The notes under the pieces are model-generated. The model searched no databases, was not told the origin of the DNA, and was given only the letters and a program-made list of their open reading frames with translations. DNA of 64,000 nt from NCBI GenBank assembly GCA_964507275.1, contig CAZDPG010000001.1, forward strand, positions 468,577-532,576, written 5' to 3'. The position numbers were made by a program, and so were the translations under genes. The stretch is from an uncultured Candidatus Saccharibacteria bacterium. GTDB lineage: Bacteria > Patescibacteriota > Minisyncoccia > Phycocordibacterales > Phycocordibacteraceae. Below are positions 51,406 to 62,073 of the stretch, in pieces. Every line of letters starts with the position of its first letter. Within the stretch, counting starts at the first letter, position 1.

Positions 51406-51480
51406 CACAATAGCATGCTCGGACAGAAAAACACACAACCGCCTTTACGGGCGGTTGTGTGAGCTGTCTTATGGCGATAG

Positions 51481-51861
51481 CTAGACCATCTTGACGTCGA
51501 TCGTCACTCCACTTGGGAGATTGAGGTTCGTGAGGGCCTCTATCACCTTCGGTGAAGGATTCATGATGTCGATGAGGCGCTTATGGATGCGCATTTCGAA
51601 CTGTTCGCGAGCGTCTTTGTGGACGAACGTCGAACGGTTCACTGTCCAACGCTTGATCTCAGTCGGGAGCGGCACGGGGCCGACGACGACAGCATCGAAG
51701 CGGGCTGCAGTATCCATAATCTGCTTCACCGAGAGATCAAGAATCTTGTGCTCATAGGCACGGACGCGGATACGGAGCTTGTGCTCCACCGGAGCAGCTG
51801 TCGCAGCTGCCTTCTTCGAAACACGTTTTGCTTTTGGCTTTGTCTCCGTCTCTGTTTCCAT
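51481..51861 (-). CDS. rpsJ: 30S ribosomal protein S10
   Basis: GPVPLPT, REQFEMRIHKRLIDI. Confidence 0.98.
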   Translation of the reverse strand: METETETKPKAKRVSKKAAATAAPVEHKLRIRVRAYEHKILDLSVKQIMDTAARFDAVVVGPVPLPTEIKRWTVNRSTFVHKDAREQFEMRIHKRLIDIMNPSPKVIEALTNLNLPSGVTIDVKMV

Positions 51862-51884
51862 ATGAGTTTCGATTCACTCCAGGC

Positions 51885-53084
51885 TTACGCCGTAATCTTC
51901 GTCACGACACCTGCACCGACGGTCTTGCCGCCTTCGCGGATAGCGAAGCGCTGCTGCTCCTCAAGAGCAACCGGGGCGGTGAGCTTCACCTTGAAGGTGA
52001 CCGTATCGCCCGGCATGACCATCTCCTTGCCTTCTGGAAGGGTGACTTCGCCAGTCACGTCCGTAGTACGGATGTAGAACTGCGGCTTGTAACCCGAGAA
52101 GAACGGAGTGTGACGTCCGCCTTCATCCTTGGAGAGGATGTAGACTTCCGAATCGAATTCAGTGTGCGGCGTGACCGAGCCGGTCTTTGCGAGCACCTGG
52201 CCGCGATGCACGTCTTCCTTCTTTGTACCGCGGAGAAGGATACCGGCGTTGTCGCCTGCCTGGCCTTCGCCGAGCTGCTTGTTGAACATTTCGATGCCGG
52301 TGACGGTCGTCTTCATCGTCGGCTTGATACCGACAATCTCGACTTCCTCGCCCACCTTGATCACACCGCGCTCGATGCGGCCGGTAACCACGGTGCCGCG
52401 ACCTTCAATCGAGAAGATGTCCTCAATCGGCATAAGGAACGGCTTGGAGACTTCACGCTCCGGCATATCGAAGTACGAGTCCATCGTGTCGATGAGCTGC
52501 TTCGCCTTCTGTGCCCACTCGTCAGAGACATCCTTTGCTTCGAGCGCCTTCAAGCCCGAACCGCGGATAATCGGCGTATTTGCGCCGTCGTAGCCCTGCT
52601 TCGTGAGAAGCTCGCGGATTTCCTCTTCGACGAGGTCGATGAGGTCAGGCTCTTCCACCATGTCCACCTTGTTCAAGAAGACGATGAGCTTCTTAAGGCC
52701 CACCTGCTTCGCGAGGAGGATGTGCTCGCGCGTCTGAGGCATCACGCCGTCAGTTGCTGCGACCACGAGGACTGCGCCGTCCATCTGAGCGGCACCAGTG
52801 ATCATGTTCTTGATGTAGTCAGCGTGACCCGGTGCATCGATGTGCGCGTAGTGACGGTTCGGTGACTCATACTCCGAGTGGTGGAGCGCGATAGTGATAC
52901 CGCGTGCCTTCTCCTCCGGTGCGGAGTCGATGTTATCGACACCTTCGACGCGGGCGCTGTAGCCCTCAGCGGTCAACATCGAAAGGACATTGAGGATGCC
53001 GGCGGTAAGGGTCGTCTTGCCGTGGTCAACGTGGCCGATGGTGCCTACGTTCAGGTGCGGCTTGTTGCGATTGAATTCTGCCAT
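51885..53084 (-). CDS. tuf: Elongation factor Tu
   Basis: [21 protein letters not shown]. Confidence 0.99.
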   Translation of the reverse strand: MAEFNRNKPHLNVGTIGHVDHGKTTLTAGILNVLSMLTAEGYSARVEGVDNIDSAPEEKARGITIALHHSEYESPNRHYAHIDAPGHADYIKNMITGAAQMDGAVLVVAATDGVMPQTREHILLAKQVGLKKLIVFLNKVDMVEEPDLIDLVEEEIRELLTKQGYDGANTPIIRGSGLKALEAKDVSDEWAQKAKQLIDTMDSYFDMPEREVSKPFLMPIEDIFSIEGRGTVVTGRIERGVIKVGEEVEIVGIKPTMKTTVTGIEMFNKQLGEGQAGDNAGILLRGTKKEDVHRGQVLAKTGSVTPHTEFDSEVYILSKDEGGRHTPFFSGYKPQFYIRTTDVTGEVTLPEGKEMVMPGDTVTFKVKLTAPVALEEQQRFAIREGGKTVGAGVVTKITA

Positions 53085-53365
53085 AGTGAATCGGTTAATT
53101 TATTGGTTAAATCACGAATTAATCCGACGCTAGTCGGAAAAAGCTCCGGCCAGCTGATTACAGAAAGCAGACAAGCCAAAGAGCGACGCCAAGATGCGTT
53201 ATAGAGACTATACGCAAGGGTGGTAAGAAATGCAACTTGTCGCAGGGACAAAACAACGGCCGCGGCCTTCAATCATGCAGGGTATTGCATATTAATAAAT
53301 ATGTGCTATCATACTAAACGGTGTGCAGTTATGCACCGCCCTTTCCACTGTTATTGGAGACTACT

Positions 53366-53896
53366 ATGTCCAACGTTCTTATGGTTCCAACAAAGCTGTA
53401 TCAGATTAACAGTTACGACGGTTCTGAACTATCGATTGCAGGGTGGTGGAAGATCCCGAAGAAACTCTTCCCGAGTTCGTTACCTCAGCCGATTGGAAGC
53501 AATTTCGACCTACTGTACCTGTGCCTCGAGCTCAAGGTCGTCCAAGATGAAGAGAGCTGGCAGGATGATGGCCCTTTCGTTGCCGAACTAGAGATCGGCA
53601 CGGTGGAGGTGGGCTTTCTTTCCCCACCAATCTTTCTTGCACACAGGACTCTCTCCATCGGACACTTGTGGTCCATAAACGATCGGCGATCTGGGTTTCC
53701 AATCAAACTCCCCGTACCGGCTTATGGAAGGGCGACGTTTGAGGGTTTCCAAAACGAACTGTTCACGAGCATGCTCGCTGGAATCATTCGGAGTCCGAAG
53801 GCCACAGTGCGCTGGGACGAAGAAGGCCTGGTCGCCACGATTAACTTCGGAAACACGTACATTTCGACGCGCGAACACGCAGTAGAGCCAGATTGA
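53366..53896 (+). CDS. Hypothetical protein inserted between fusA and tuf
   Basis: Promoter TTGCAT-16 nt-TATCAT, SD GGAG, ATG 53366, hairpin at ~53911-53942. Confidence 0.65.
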   Translation: MSNVLMVPTKLYQINSYDGSELSIAGWWKIPKKLFPSSLPQPIGSNFDLLYLCLELKVVQDEESWQDDGPFVAELEIGTVEVGFLSPPIFLAHRTLSIGHLWSINDRRSGFPIKLPVPAYGRATFEGFQNELFTSMLAGIIRSPKATVRWDEEGLVATINFGNTYISTREHAVEPD

Positions 53897-53992
53897 TTGG
53901 CTCTGAAGCGCAAAACGGCAAGCCATCTGGCTTGCCGTTTTTACTTTTGTGAAATTCCCTGTGCATACCAGGTATGCACAACAAGAATCGAG

Positions 53993-56140
53993 TTATTTAC
54001 GCGACGCGATGATATCCGTCGCGACGTTCGTCGGGACGACATCGTAATGATCGAACTCCATGGTCATGTTGCCACGACCTTCGGTCATCGAGCGGAGCGT
54101 GGTCGTGTAGCCAAACATTTCGGAGAGCGGAACCTTGGCATGAACGGCTTTGTTCATACCACGATCCTCCATACCCTCGATCTGTCCGCGCTTGCCCGAA
54201 ATCGAGCCTGTGATGTCGCCCATGAACTTCTCTGGCACGACAACTTCGACACGCATAATAGGTTCGAGGATGACTGCCTTCGCTCGGCTTGCCGCCTCCT
54301 GGAACGCCATAGAAGCAGCGATCTTGTAGGCGATTTCTGAAGAGTCGACATCGTGATACGAGCCGTCGTAGAGGTCGATAGAGATATCCACCATCGGGAA
54401 GCCGGCGAGCACGCCGCGGCTCATCGCTTCGCGCATACCCTTCTCGACAGGGTTGATGAATTCCTGAGGAATGGCACCTCCCTTGATGTTGTTGATGAAC
54501 TCGAAATGCTCCTCGCGCGTGACGTTCTTCGCGACCTTCGCTTCTGGGTCGACTGGCTCCATCTTCTTCATGCGGATCTTCACATGGCCATACTGACCCT
54601 TCCCTCCAGTCTGCTTGATGTACTTGCCCTCGGCCTCGGACGAACCGAGAATCGTCTCGCGGTATGCCACCTGCGGCTTCCCCACATCAGCAACGACGTT
54701 GAATTCGCGCTTCATGCGGTCAACGAGAATCTCAAGGTGCAGCTCACCCATGCCCGAGATGATAGTCTCATTCGTCTCTTCGTCGGTTTTGATGCGGAAG
54801 GTCGGATCTTCGTCAGAGAGCTTGCGGAGTGCAATACCCATCTTCTCCTGATCAGCCTTGGTCTTCGGTTCGATACGGAGGCTGACCACCGGCTCAGGGA
54901 ATTTGATTTCCTCGAGAATGATCGGGTTCGCCTCGTCGCAGAGCGTATGCGAGGTCTTCGTATCCTTGAGACCCACGGCAGCAGCGATTTCTCCCGTAAA
55001 GACCTTTTCGACTTCTTCGCGCTTATCCGCCTGGAGGCGCACGATGCGGCCGACGCGCTCCTTGGTGCCCGTCGTCGAGTTATACACATACGAACCGGCC
55101 GTAAGCGTCCCTGAGTAGACACGGAAGAACGTGAGCGCACCAACGAACGGGTCAGTCTGGAGCTTGAAAGCGAGCGCGCAGAACGGTTCATCGTCGCTTG
55201 CATGACGCTCAACCGGCTCGCCAGTCTTCGGGTTCGTGCCGGTGACCGGCTTCAAATCGAGTGGGGATGGCAGATAATCGACGACGGCATCGAGTACGAG
55301 CTGCACGCCCTTATTCTTGAGAGCGCTACCGCAATACACTGGGAAGATATCATTATTGATGACCGCCTTGCGGAGAAGGGCGTTCAAAACCTCGAGCGAT
55401 GGCTCGACGCCCTCGAGATAGGCGCTCATCGCAGTATCGTCCTGCTCGACAATACGCTCGACGAGAAGAGCGCGGTATTTCTTCGCATCTTCAAGAAGAT
55501 GCTCAGGAATTTCGCCCTCGATAACCTCCTCGCCCATAGAACCTGCGTAGGAGTATGCCTTCATCTTGAGAAGATCAATCGCACCCTCGTGCTTTTCTTC
55601 CTCGCCAACAGGGATCTGCATGCGAATAGCTTTCGGAGAGAGACGATCGATGATGCTTGCGTACGAATTCTCAAATGATGCGCCAGTGCGGTCGAGTTTA
55701 TTGATAAAACAGACGCGCGGCACAGCGGCCTCGTCGGCATAGCGCCAGTTCGTCTCGGACTGCGGTTCGACACCAGCAACGCCATCGAAGACGACGATAG
55801 CGCCGTCGAGCACGCGCATCGAACGCTTCACCTCAGCGGTGAAGTCGATGTGTCCCGGGGTGTCGATGATATTGAAACGGAATTTCTTGGACGTGTCCTT
55901 CTTATCCTTCTCGGCGGTCTTGGTCCAGAAACAGGTGATTGCGGCCGACGTGATGGTGATACCGCGCTCGCGCTCCTGTTCCATCCAGTCGGTCGTGGTC
56001 TCGCCCTCGTGCACTTCGCCGATCTTGTGCTGGCTGCCAGTATAGAATAGGACGCGTTCGCTGGTCGTCGTCTTACCGGCATCGATGTGGGCGATGATAC
56101 CGAAGTTGCGCACCTTCTCGAGTGGATAGTCGCGATTCAT
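53993..56140 (-). CDS. fusA: Elongation factor G
   Basis: [25 protein letters not shown]. Confidence 0.99.
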   Translation of the reverse strand: MNRDYPLEKVRNFGIIAHIDAGKTTTSERVLFYTGSQHKIGEVHEGETTTDWMEQERERGITITSAAITCFWTKTAEKDKKDTSKKFRFNIIDTPGHIDFTAEVKRSMRVLDGAIVVFDGVAGVEPQSETNWRYADEAAVPRVCFINKLDRTGASFENSYASIIDRLSPKAIRMQIPVGEEEKHEGAIDLLKMKAYSYAGSMGEEVIEGEIPEHLLEDAKKYRALLVERIVEQDDTAMSAYLEGVEPSLEVLNALLRKAVINNDIFPVYCGSALKNKGVQLVLDAVVDYLPSPLDLKPVTGTNPKTGEPVERHASDDEPFCALAFKLQTDPFVGALTFFRVYSGTLTAGSYVYNSTTGTKERVGRIVRLQADKREEVEKVFTGEIAAAVGLKDTKTSHTLCDEANPIILEEIKFPEPVVSLRIEPKTKADQEKMGIALRKLSDEDPTFRIKTDEETNETIISGMGELHLEILVDRMKREFNVVADVGKPQVAYRETILGSSEAEGKYIKQTGGKGQYGHVKIRMKKMEPVDPEAKVAKNVTREEHFEFINNIKGGAIPQEFINPVEKGMREAMSRGVLAGFPMVDISIDLYDGSYHDVDSSEIAYKIAASMAFQEAASRAKAVILEPIMRVEVVVPEKFMGDITGSISGKRGQIEGMEDRGMNKAVHAKVPLSEMFGYTTTLRSMTEGRGNMTMEFDHYDVVPTNVATDIIASRK

Positions 56141-56280
56141 AAAGGATTTGAAAAAATAATCCGCCTACTGGCGGACGCCGAAGCGTTGCTTAGAGGATAG
56201 CCCAAACCGGAGAAATTGCAAAGCGTGACCGGACGAAGTACTATCGTAGACGGAAGTCCAACAACAACTGGAGAAGCATC

Positions 56281-56529
56281 ATGGCACGCGAGAAACCAGA
56301 ACTTGAAATAGACCTTGACTGGGTCGAACGTGAAGTAGCATTGGTTGCCAGGCAGGGCGACCAGAAACTACGGGCGTTCGTGGAAGACACTACCCAGAGA
56401 CTGCAAGCAGGCAGGACACATTTCGAAAGGATCCATTCGGGGAAACCCATCGGGAACAATCTTCTGATCATGCAGCTCCATTTCTTCATTCTCGAGAAAA
56501 TCGGACATGGAGACCCCGGCCCTATATGA
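56281..56529 (+). CDS. Small hypothetical protein inserted between rpsG and fusA
   Basis: SD GGAG, 82 aa, ends at a hairpin shared with rpsG (~56547-56570). Confidence 0.55.
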   Translation: MAREKPELEIDLDWVEREVALVARQGDQKLRAFVEDTTQRLQAGRTHFERIHSGKPIGNNLLIMQLHFFILEKIGHGDPGPI

Positions 56530-56592
56530 TCTTGCTCCATCAATGAAAAGCCCGTCTCACGACGGGCTTTAGACTTTTCTATCAAATGTTTA

Positions 56593-57060
56593 TTACCAGG
56601 CGAAGTGGGCGAAGGCCTTGTTGGCATCAGCCATGCGATGCATCTCGTCCTTCTTCTTGATAGCATCGCCTTCATTCTTGGCAGCAAGCAGGAGCTCGGC
56701 GGCAAGTTTTTCTGCCATCGGCTTCCCTTTCTTATTGCGCGCGGCATTGATAATCCAACGGAATGAGAGCGCGAGACGACGGTTCTGCGGAACTTCGCGC
56801 GGGACCTGATAGTTCGCGCCGCCGACGCGACGGCTGCGCACTTCCATGAGCGGGGACGCATTGCGGAGCGCTGATTCAAAGGTCTCGAGGGCGTTTGCGC
56901 CATCGGTCTCTTCTATCTTGGCAAATGCACCGTAGACGACTGCACGAGCAGTATCCTTCTTACCGTCCCACATGACGGCGTTGATGAAACGAGTGAGCGT
57001 CTCTGAACCGTACTTGAGGTCCGGTCGCCAGGTTCGCTGCTTTTTAAGAGGTCGGCGCAT
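56593..57060 (-). CDS. rpsG: 30S ribosomal protein S7
   Basis: SRRVGGANYQVP, MADANKAFAH. Confidence 0.98.
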   Translation of the reverse strand: MRRPLKKQRTWRPDLKYGSETLTRFINAVMWDGKKDTARAVVYGAFAKIEETDGANALETFESALRNASPLMEVRSRRVGGANYQVPREVPQNRRLALSFRWIINAARNKKGKPMAEKLAAELLLAAKNEGDAIKKKDEMHRMADANKAFAHFAW

Positions 57061-57068
57061 AGAAAATA

Positions 57069-57476
57069 TTATTTAGGACGCTTCGCGCCATATCGCGAAC
57101 GGGATGTGCGGCGCTTATCGAGACCGGCAGTGTCGAGCTTGCCGCGCACGATCGTGTACTGCACGCCGATGTCTTTCACGCGACCGCCACGAAGGAGGAC
57201 GACGGAGTGTTCCTGCAGGTTGTGCGTCTCGCCTGGGACATAGGCAGTTACTTCCATGCCATTGGTCAGGCGGACGCGGGCGATCTTACGGATAGCGGAG
57301 TTCGGCTTGCGTGGGGTCTTCGTGGTCACCTTGGTGCAGACGCCGCGCTTGAAAGGCGAAGCGTAGAAGGTCGGACGATTCTTGAGCGCGTTGAAGCCGC
57401 GGGCAAGCGCAGGCTTGCTCGTCTTCGAGGTCTTGGTCGTGCGTCCCTTCTTGGACAGCTGATTGATGGTTGCCAT
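57069..57476 (-). CDS. rpsL: 30S ribosomal protein S12
   Basis: [24 protein letters not shown]. Confidence 0.98.
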   Translation of the reverse strand: MATINQLSKKGRTTKTSKTSKPALARGFNALKNRPTFYASPFKRGVCTKVTTKTPRKPNSAIRKIARVRLTNGMEVTAYVPGETHNLQEHSVVLLRGGRVKDIGVQYTIVRGKLDTAGLDKRRTSRSRYGAKRPK

Positions 57477-57538
57477 TTAGAAAACCCGCGAACGCGGGAT
57501 ACAGGCACTATATATAAAGGTGCGAGAGAATGCAACTA

Positions 57539-58375
57539 TCAGCCCTTATCCTCATCAATTGGCTCGCGGTACGGGTCGGTAGCATAGGACCTATTGGAAG
57601 GGAGAGGGGCAGGCTTTGGCGTTTCGACTGAAAGAGGAGTGCTGGGTTCTGGCTGCGACGAAACAGTCGGCATAGACACCTCCGGCAGGGTGCCCGGAAG
57701 ATTCACCGGAATGGAGTTTGGGACAATTCGGCTTCCGAAAACCTGTGGCTGTTCGTCCTTCTTTTCGATTACCGAAGGGGTCTTGGGCGGCTCTGCAGGC
57801 TTTGGGGTCGGAGTCTCTATACTCTTGAGCGATGGAGAAGGCTCTTCATGATCTTCGAGAAGCAGTCTGCTATCAAGCAGCCTCGCTGGCGCAAGCAAAA
57901 CGGATCGCACAACATCCCCGAGCGTTGTTGAAGGACGGGCGGGTTTCGTCGGCTTCGGTGGTAGCGGCGTGAGAGGTTCGTCTTTCTTTATCAGATTGGT
58001 AATGCCTTTCGGCGGCATGATTGCCGGCTCCGACATCTTGCTCATGCCGATTTTCTGCTCCTCGGTGCGAAGCGGTATGAACACCTGCTCGTTCACATCG
58101 AGCGCGATACTGTCGACTATTTTCTTATCAAGTCGCGCTTCTTCCGTAAGCGCCTGTGCGAACTCTTGCGGAGTCTCAATACCCATAAGGAGAAGCATGA
58201 TTTCGCGCTCGAGAACGCCTGCCTGATCAATACGCAAGCCGTATTTGGTCGTGAGATTCCGTGCGACTGTGGTGTATTTCCCCGCCGACAGGTAGTCCCG
58301 TATGATCGGCGGCAGTGTCCGCATCACCTGCGAGATGCTTTCTTCAAGATTTGGTGTTTGTTGGTCTTCGTTCAT
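57539..58375 (-). CDS. Hypothetical protein with a Pro-rich disordered C-terminal half
   Basis: Helical N-terminal domain, P/S/T-rich linker, terminal DPYREPI motif. Confidence 0.75.
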   Translation of the reverse strand: MNEDQQTPNLEESISQVMRTLPPIIRDYLSAGKYTTVARNLTTKYGLRIDQAGVLEREIMLLLMGIETPQEFAQALTEEARLDKKIVDSIALDVNEQVFIPLRTEEQKIGMSKMSEPAIMPPKGITNLIKKDEPLTPLPPKPTKPARPSTTLGDVVRSVLLAPARLLDSRLLLEDHEEPSPSLKSIETPTPKPAEPPKTPSVIEKKDEQPQVFGSRIVPNSIPVNLPGTLPEVSMPTVSSQPEPSTPLSVETPKPAPLPSNRSYATDPYREPIDEDKG

Positions 58376-58382
58376 AGCTCAA

Positions 58383-60308
58383 TTAGTGTGCCGCTTCGGC
58401 TTTTGGCTCTTCTTTCTTCTCTTCCTTCGGTTTCTCCTCCTTGGCTTTCTCCTCGATAAGTTTCTTGAAGTTTTCGAAATCCTTTTCTGCCTTACTCTTC
58501 TTCGCTTCCTTGAGAATATTCTCAGCGGCTTTCGTATTACGGAGTGGGTTGAGCACGCCGACCGCTCCTCTCAGGAATCCTCCCTTTTCTTTGTCTATGT
58601 ATAAGTTGAGACCCTTTGCGTATCCCGCTTGTGGAGCTATCTTAATATTCTTTACTTCAGCCTGCGCTCTCCCTAGTGCACCCTCAGCCGTTTTTATAGC
58701 AGCTTCATCATTTCCGGACTTTGCGACCCTAAGATTAGCTTCCGCGGCCCTGACTTCAGCTTCCGCATCTTTCTGTTTATCAACTTCTCCCTTTGCATAT
58801 TTCAGCCCCATAAACTTACCCGTCGTCTGCTGGAGATCCTTCGCATAATCCTCGCGTTCTTTGGTCTTCCCCTTCTCCCAGTCACGGAATCCTCCCTTCT
58901 GCGCCGCACCGGCATCGACACCAATACCTTTCAGGCCACCTGCAATCGCAGCGCCACGAACATCAAAATTCGCTTTCGCTCCGCTATCAAGCGCACCAGA
59001 GACCGCCCGGCCTATGATCGGAGCGCGAGAAAGAGCTGTCTTCCTCCACCCTGTCGAAGCGCGCTGGAGTCCCCATCCCGCCGTCCCTCGCAAACCTGCA
59101 GCAGTGAGACCGAACGAGAGTTTACCGGCCGTCTGCGACGCCCATCCAGCACCGAACGCAGAGAGCTTCTTCGACGCAACCACGACGAAGAGGAGAAGTC
59201 CCATTGCGACGAGGAATGAGAGCATGACACCTCCGAACCCTGCAAGATTATTGTTATTAACGAAATCGAGCAGACCTCCTTTCGTCGGATTGAAGCCAGT
59301 GAGGAACTGGGCATCGGTAATCACCGCGAGCGCTACATAGAGCATGAGCAAAAGGACCGGCGCGGTAAGCGTCTGCTCGAAGAGCGCGTCCCACCACTGC
59401 TTTGCCCGTGCGCGAAGCTGCGGCACCGCCAGTCCGGCGAACCCGACCGGCGCAAGGATGATGAGGAATATAAGTATGACAAAGCGTGCTATGAGCACGA
59501 AGGCGAGCGAGAACATCACGAATGCCGTGACGATGAAGAGAAGGATACCCATGAACCCGATGAGCCACGGACTCGTTCCTGCAAATACTTCTTTGTTCAC
59601 CTTCCCGCTATTCACGTTGTAGAGGGTCTGAAGACCGAGCTGCGCCATGAGCTTGTTCGAGATGCCCTCATTCTGCACCGTTGCGGACTGAGTCATCGCG
59701 GCTGTCGGGAGATTACCTCCGTTTATCTGCTTATAGAATTGCGTTGCGAAGAGATTGCCCGTATCGATCACCGCCTCAGTGATGAAAAGAGAAAAGTTGA
59801 GGAAGATTGCTCCGATAAATAGCATGGGGAGCATCTTCTTCCCCCCGCCATACCACTCGACGTTCAATATCGTGGTGATGCCGATGGCGAGGAAGCCGAA
59901 TATGAGCATGATGTTCCCGACGTCGCGCAGGATACTCCAAGCGACACCGATAGCGGCGAGCTTATTCACGTAAGCTCCCATCTGAACCACGGTATAGAAC
60001 ACCGCAGTATCGAGCGTGAGCGCCGCCACACCGACGAGCCACGCGAAGAGCTCCATGATCTTCTGCATGACGATGTTATATGCGTCATCAGAGGATGCCT
60101 TGGGAGTTATCGGCGTTCCTCCTCCCGCACTCTGCGCAGTACTTGCGGTCGCGGCCGCCGAAAGAGCCTTCGTGTCGGCGGCGCTTGCTTCGGCTGGCGT
60201 AGAATACGCGTTTCCGAAGGCATCATAAGAATTGGTTTGTGCATTCACCTCAGGAACGCCCGCGAGAAGTGCGAGTGAGAAGAAGAAAGTGATGAGGATT
60301 CGGCGCAT
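58383..60308 (-). CDS. Large polytopic membrane protein (VirB6/TrbL-like architecture)
   Basis: Signal peptide, about 8-9 TM segments, WSILRDVGN, Gly/Ala-rich region, charged coiled-coil tail. Start placed at ATG 60308. Confidence 0.7.
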   Translation of the reverse strand: MRRILITFFFSLALLAGVPEVNAQTNSYDAFGNAYSTPAEASAADTKALSAAATASTAQSAGGGTPITPKASSDDAYNIVMQKIMELFAWLVGVAALTLDTAVFYTVVQMGAYVNKLAAIGVAWSILRDVGNIMLIFGFLAIGITTILNVEWYGGGKKMLPMLFIGAIFLNFSLFITEAVIDTGNLFATQFYKQINGGNLPTAAMTQSATVQNEGISNKLMAQLGLQTLYNVNSGKVNKEVFAGTSPWLIGFMGILLFIVTAFVMFSLAFVLIARFVILIFLIILAPVGFAGLAVPQLRARAKQWWDALFEQTLTAPVLLLMLYVALAVITDAQFLTGFNPTKGGLLDFVNNNNLAGFGGVMLSFLVAMGLLLFVVVASKKLSAFGAGWASQTAGKLSFGLTAAGLRGTAGWGLQRASTGWRKTALSRAPIIGRAVSGALDSGAKANFDVRGAAIAGGLKGIGVDAGAAQKGGFRDWEKGKTKEREDYAKDLQQTTGKFMGLKYAKGEVDKQKDAEAEVRAAEANLRVAKSGNDEAAIKTAEGALGRAQAEVKNIKIAPQAGYAKGLNLYIDKEKGGFLRGAVGVLNPLRNTKAAENILKEAKKSKAEKDFENFKKLIEEKAKEEKPKEEKKEEPKAEAAH

Positions 60309-60309
60309 A

Positions 60310-62073
60310 TCAGAAGACGGTCGCCTGTGCCGGGGTACAGACCGAAGTCTTGAGCGCAGTCGCATTGGCACTCAAGAGATTCATCTGATCGACAGTCGAG
60401 GAAGACCCTGCCACAATTGAGAGCGAACCCGCTGGACTTGCAGTCGCATTACCGAATGCTTGCGCGTTCTGCTGTGCTCGTGCGACGTCCTGCGGCGTCG
60501 GCGGCATAGTCTGCAGTCTTTGCATGTCAGCAGCATACGTACTCCCTACCCCTTCCGATCCAGACCTGAGATCGTTCTGAACTTTCAGTATCATCGCATT
60601 CGCCCCGGCGATGACGAGAGACGCATCGATAGATTGTTCAAGCACGGGAGCAATAAGTGTCGCGAGAGCAGCGTCCGCTGCCGCAGCCTGCGCGAGACTC
60701 GCGTCCCTGAACAAGGAGAGAGAAGGGTCTGACTTTGCAGTGTTCGCAGCATCCAAACAGAAACTTGCGAGCGATGCGACGCTTGAAGACGCTGTCTGCG
60801 TAGCAGCGGTTATGGTATCCCATGCACCCTGATATAGCGCGATTTGGTTTGCCATGTTCGAACCATTGATATTCCGGTCGACGGCGGCGCTCTGATACAC
60901 GCTTGCAGCGGTACCACCGAGAGACGGAGCACTCTGGAACTCCGCAAGCCGCGAAGTCGAATTCGACCCGGAGCCGCTGTCGACGCCGAACAACCCACCT
61001 GAACCGCTTCCTCCCAAGAGGCTCGCTGCAAAGTTCACGGTCTTCATAATCGACGCGATGTTGCCCAGAATCTGATTGATCTGCGGACCAACATTACCCA
61101 TGCGAACGATCTGGTCCTGTTGACCGCCGAGCACCTTGTCCAGCGTCGCCTTGATAGTCGAACCAGGAGTCCTGATCGTGCCCGGAGTACCATCGCTATT
61201 GGTGCAAGGATCGCCAGGGTTTACACCAGCGGCAGACTGCTCATCTGGGTTATTGCCAGCAGCGTATGTGTCTGAGGACGCTTCATCCGGGTTATTCCCC
61301 GCTGGCTGTGTAGCCGTATCGCTCGCGCCGCACCACGACATGAAGCCCTGGCCCCAATCGAGCTGCGCCGCACGCACGCCGACCGCGCCGCCGCCGCCAG
61401 GAGGACTACCTATCACGCCGGCGAGCTGGGCCTGCGAGTTCTGGTAGAGACGATAAGGATTATTCTCCGATCGCGTCGTGAGCGCGAACCACGCCGCGAC
61501 GCCGCCCTGCGACCAGTTTCCCGAGAGATATGCCGGCACGTTCGGTGACGAGGCCGCGAGAGAATTCATATTCGCCGCCCAGAATCCGGAGAGGCTCGAT
61601 TTTGTGAGGTAATCATTACGCAAAGCGGAAGAGATCGAGCCAGCAAACGGTGAATTCGTATTATTCACTTGCTTCAGATATGAAAGAGCAGCGCTATCCG
61701 CCACAGTCTGATACGACTTCATCACATCGACCACGAATTGCGGCGCGCCGGTACCGTTGGCCTTGCCAATGACGAACGCTATGACACCCGCTGTGAGCGC
61801 TTTCATCAAGTCTCCCGAGAGTACGAAAGCGAGCGGCTGGAGCACATACGCATCGATTTGCATCGCGACGTTCGCTGCGGCGCTTATAGGAGTAGCGATG
61901 GCAGTGATGGTGTTCTGGATAGCGCTGATGGTACTCTCGACCAAATTCTTTCCCACCTCAACCACGGCATACTGCGCGTGCACCTTCTGCGGAGCAACGA
62001 GAAACGCCGATGGCACTATGAAAGAGATGGTGAGGAGTATCGCGAGCACCGCCGAGAGAGGTCTCTTGCTCAT
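60310..62073 (-). CDS. Large secreted or membrane-anchored hypothetical protein
   Basis: Signal peptide ending VHA|Q, Ala/Ser/Gly-rich, Cys pair flanking an acidic loop. Confidence 0.75.
   Translation of the reverse strand: MSKRPLSAVLAILLTISFIVPSAFLVAPQKVHAQYAVVEVGKNLVESTISAIQNTITAIATPISAAANVAMQIDAYVLQPLAFVLSGDLMKALTAGVIAFVIGKANGTGAPQFVVDVMKSYQTVADSAALSYLKQVNNTNSPFAGSISSALRNDYLTKSSLSGFWAANMNSLAASSPNVPAYLSGNWSQGGVAAWFALTTRSENNPYRLYQNSQAQLAGVIGSPPGGGGAVGVRAAQLDWGQGFMSWCGASDTATQPAGNNPDEASSDTYAAGNNPDEQSAAGVNPGDPCTNSDGTPGTIRTPGSTIKATLDKVLGGQQDQIVRMGNVGPQINQILGNIASIMKTVNFAASLLGGSGSGGLFGVDSGSGSNSTSRLAEFQSAPSLGGTAASVYQSAAVDRNINGSNMANQIALYQGAWDTITAATQTASSSVASLASFCLDAANTAKSDPSLSLFRDASLAQAAAADAALATLIAPVLEQSIDASLVIAGANAMILKVQNDLRSGSEGVGSTYAADMQRLQTMPPTPQDVARAQQNAQAFGNATASPAGSLSIVAGSSSTVDQMNLLSANATALKTSVCTPAQATVF

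Noticed and set aside
51075-51434. 119-aa minus-strand ORF between rpsJ and rplC
   Set aside because: It crosses a terminator and the rplC promoter, overlaps rplC out of frame and has an unprotein-like composition; a structured RNA fits better.
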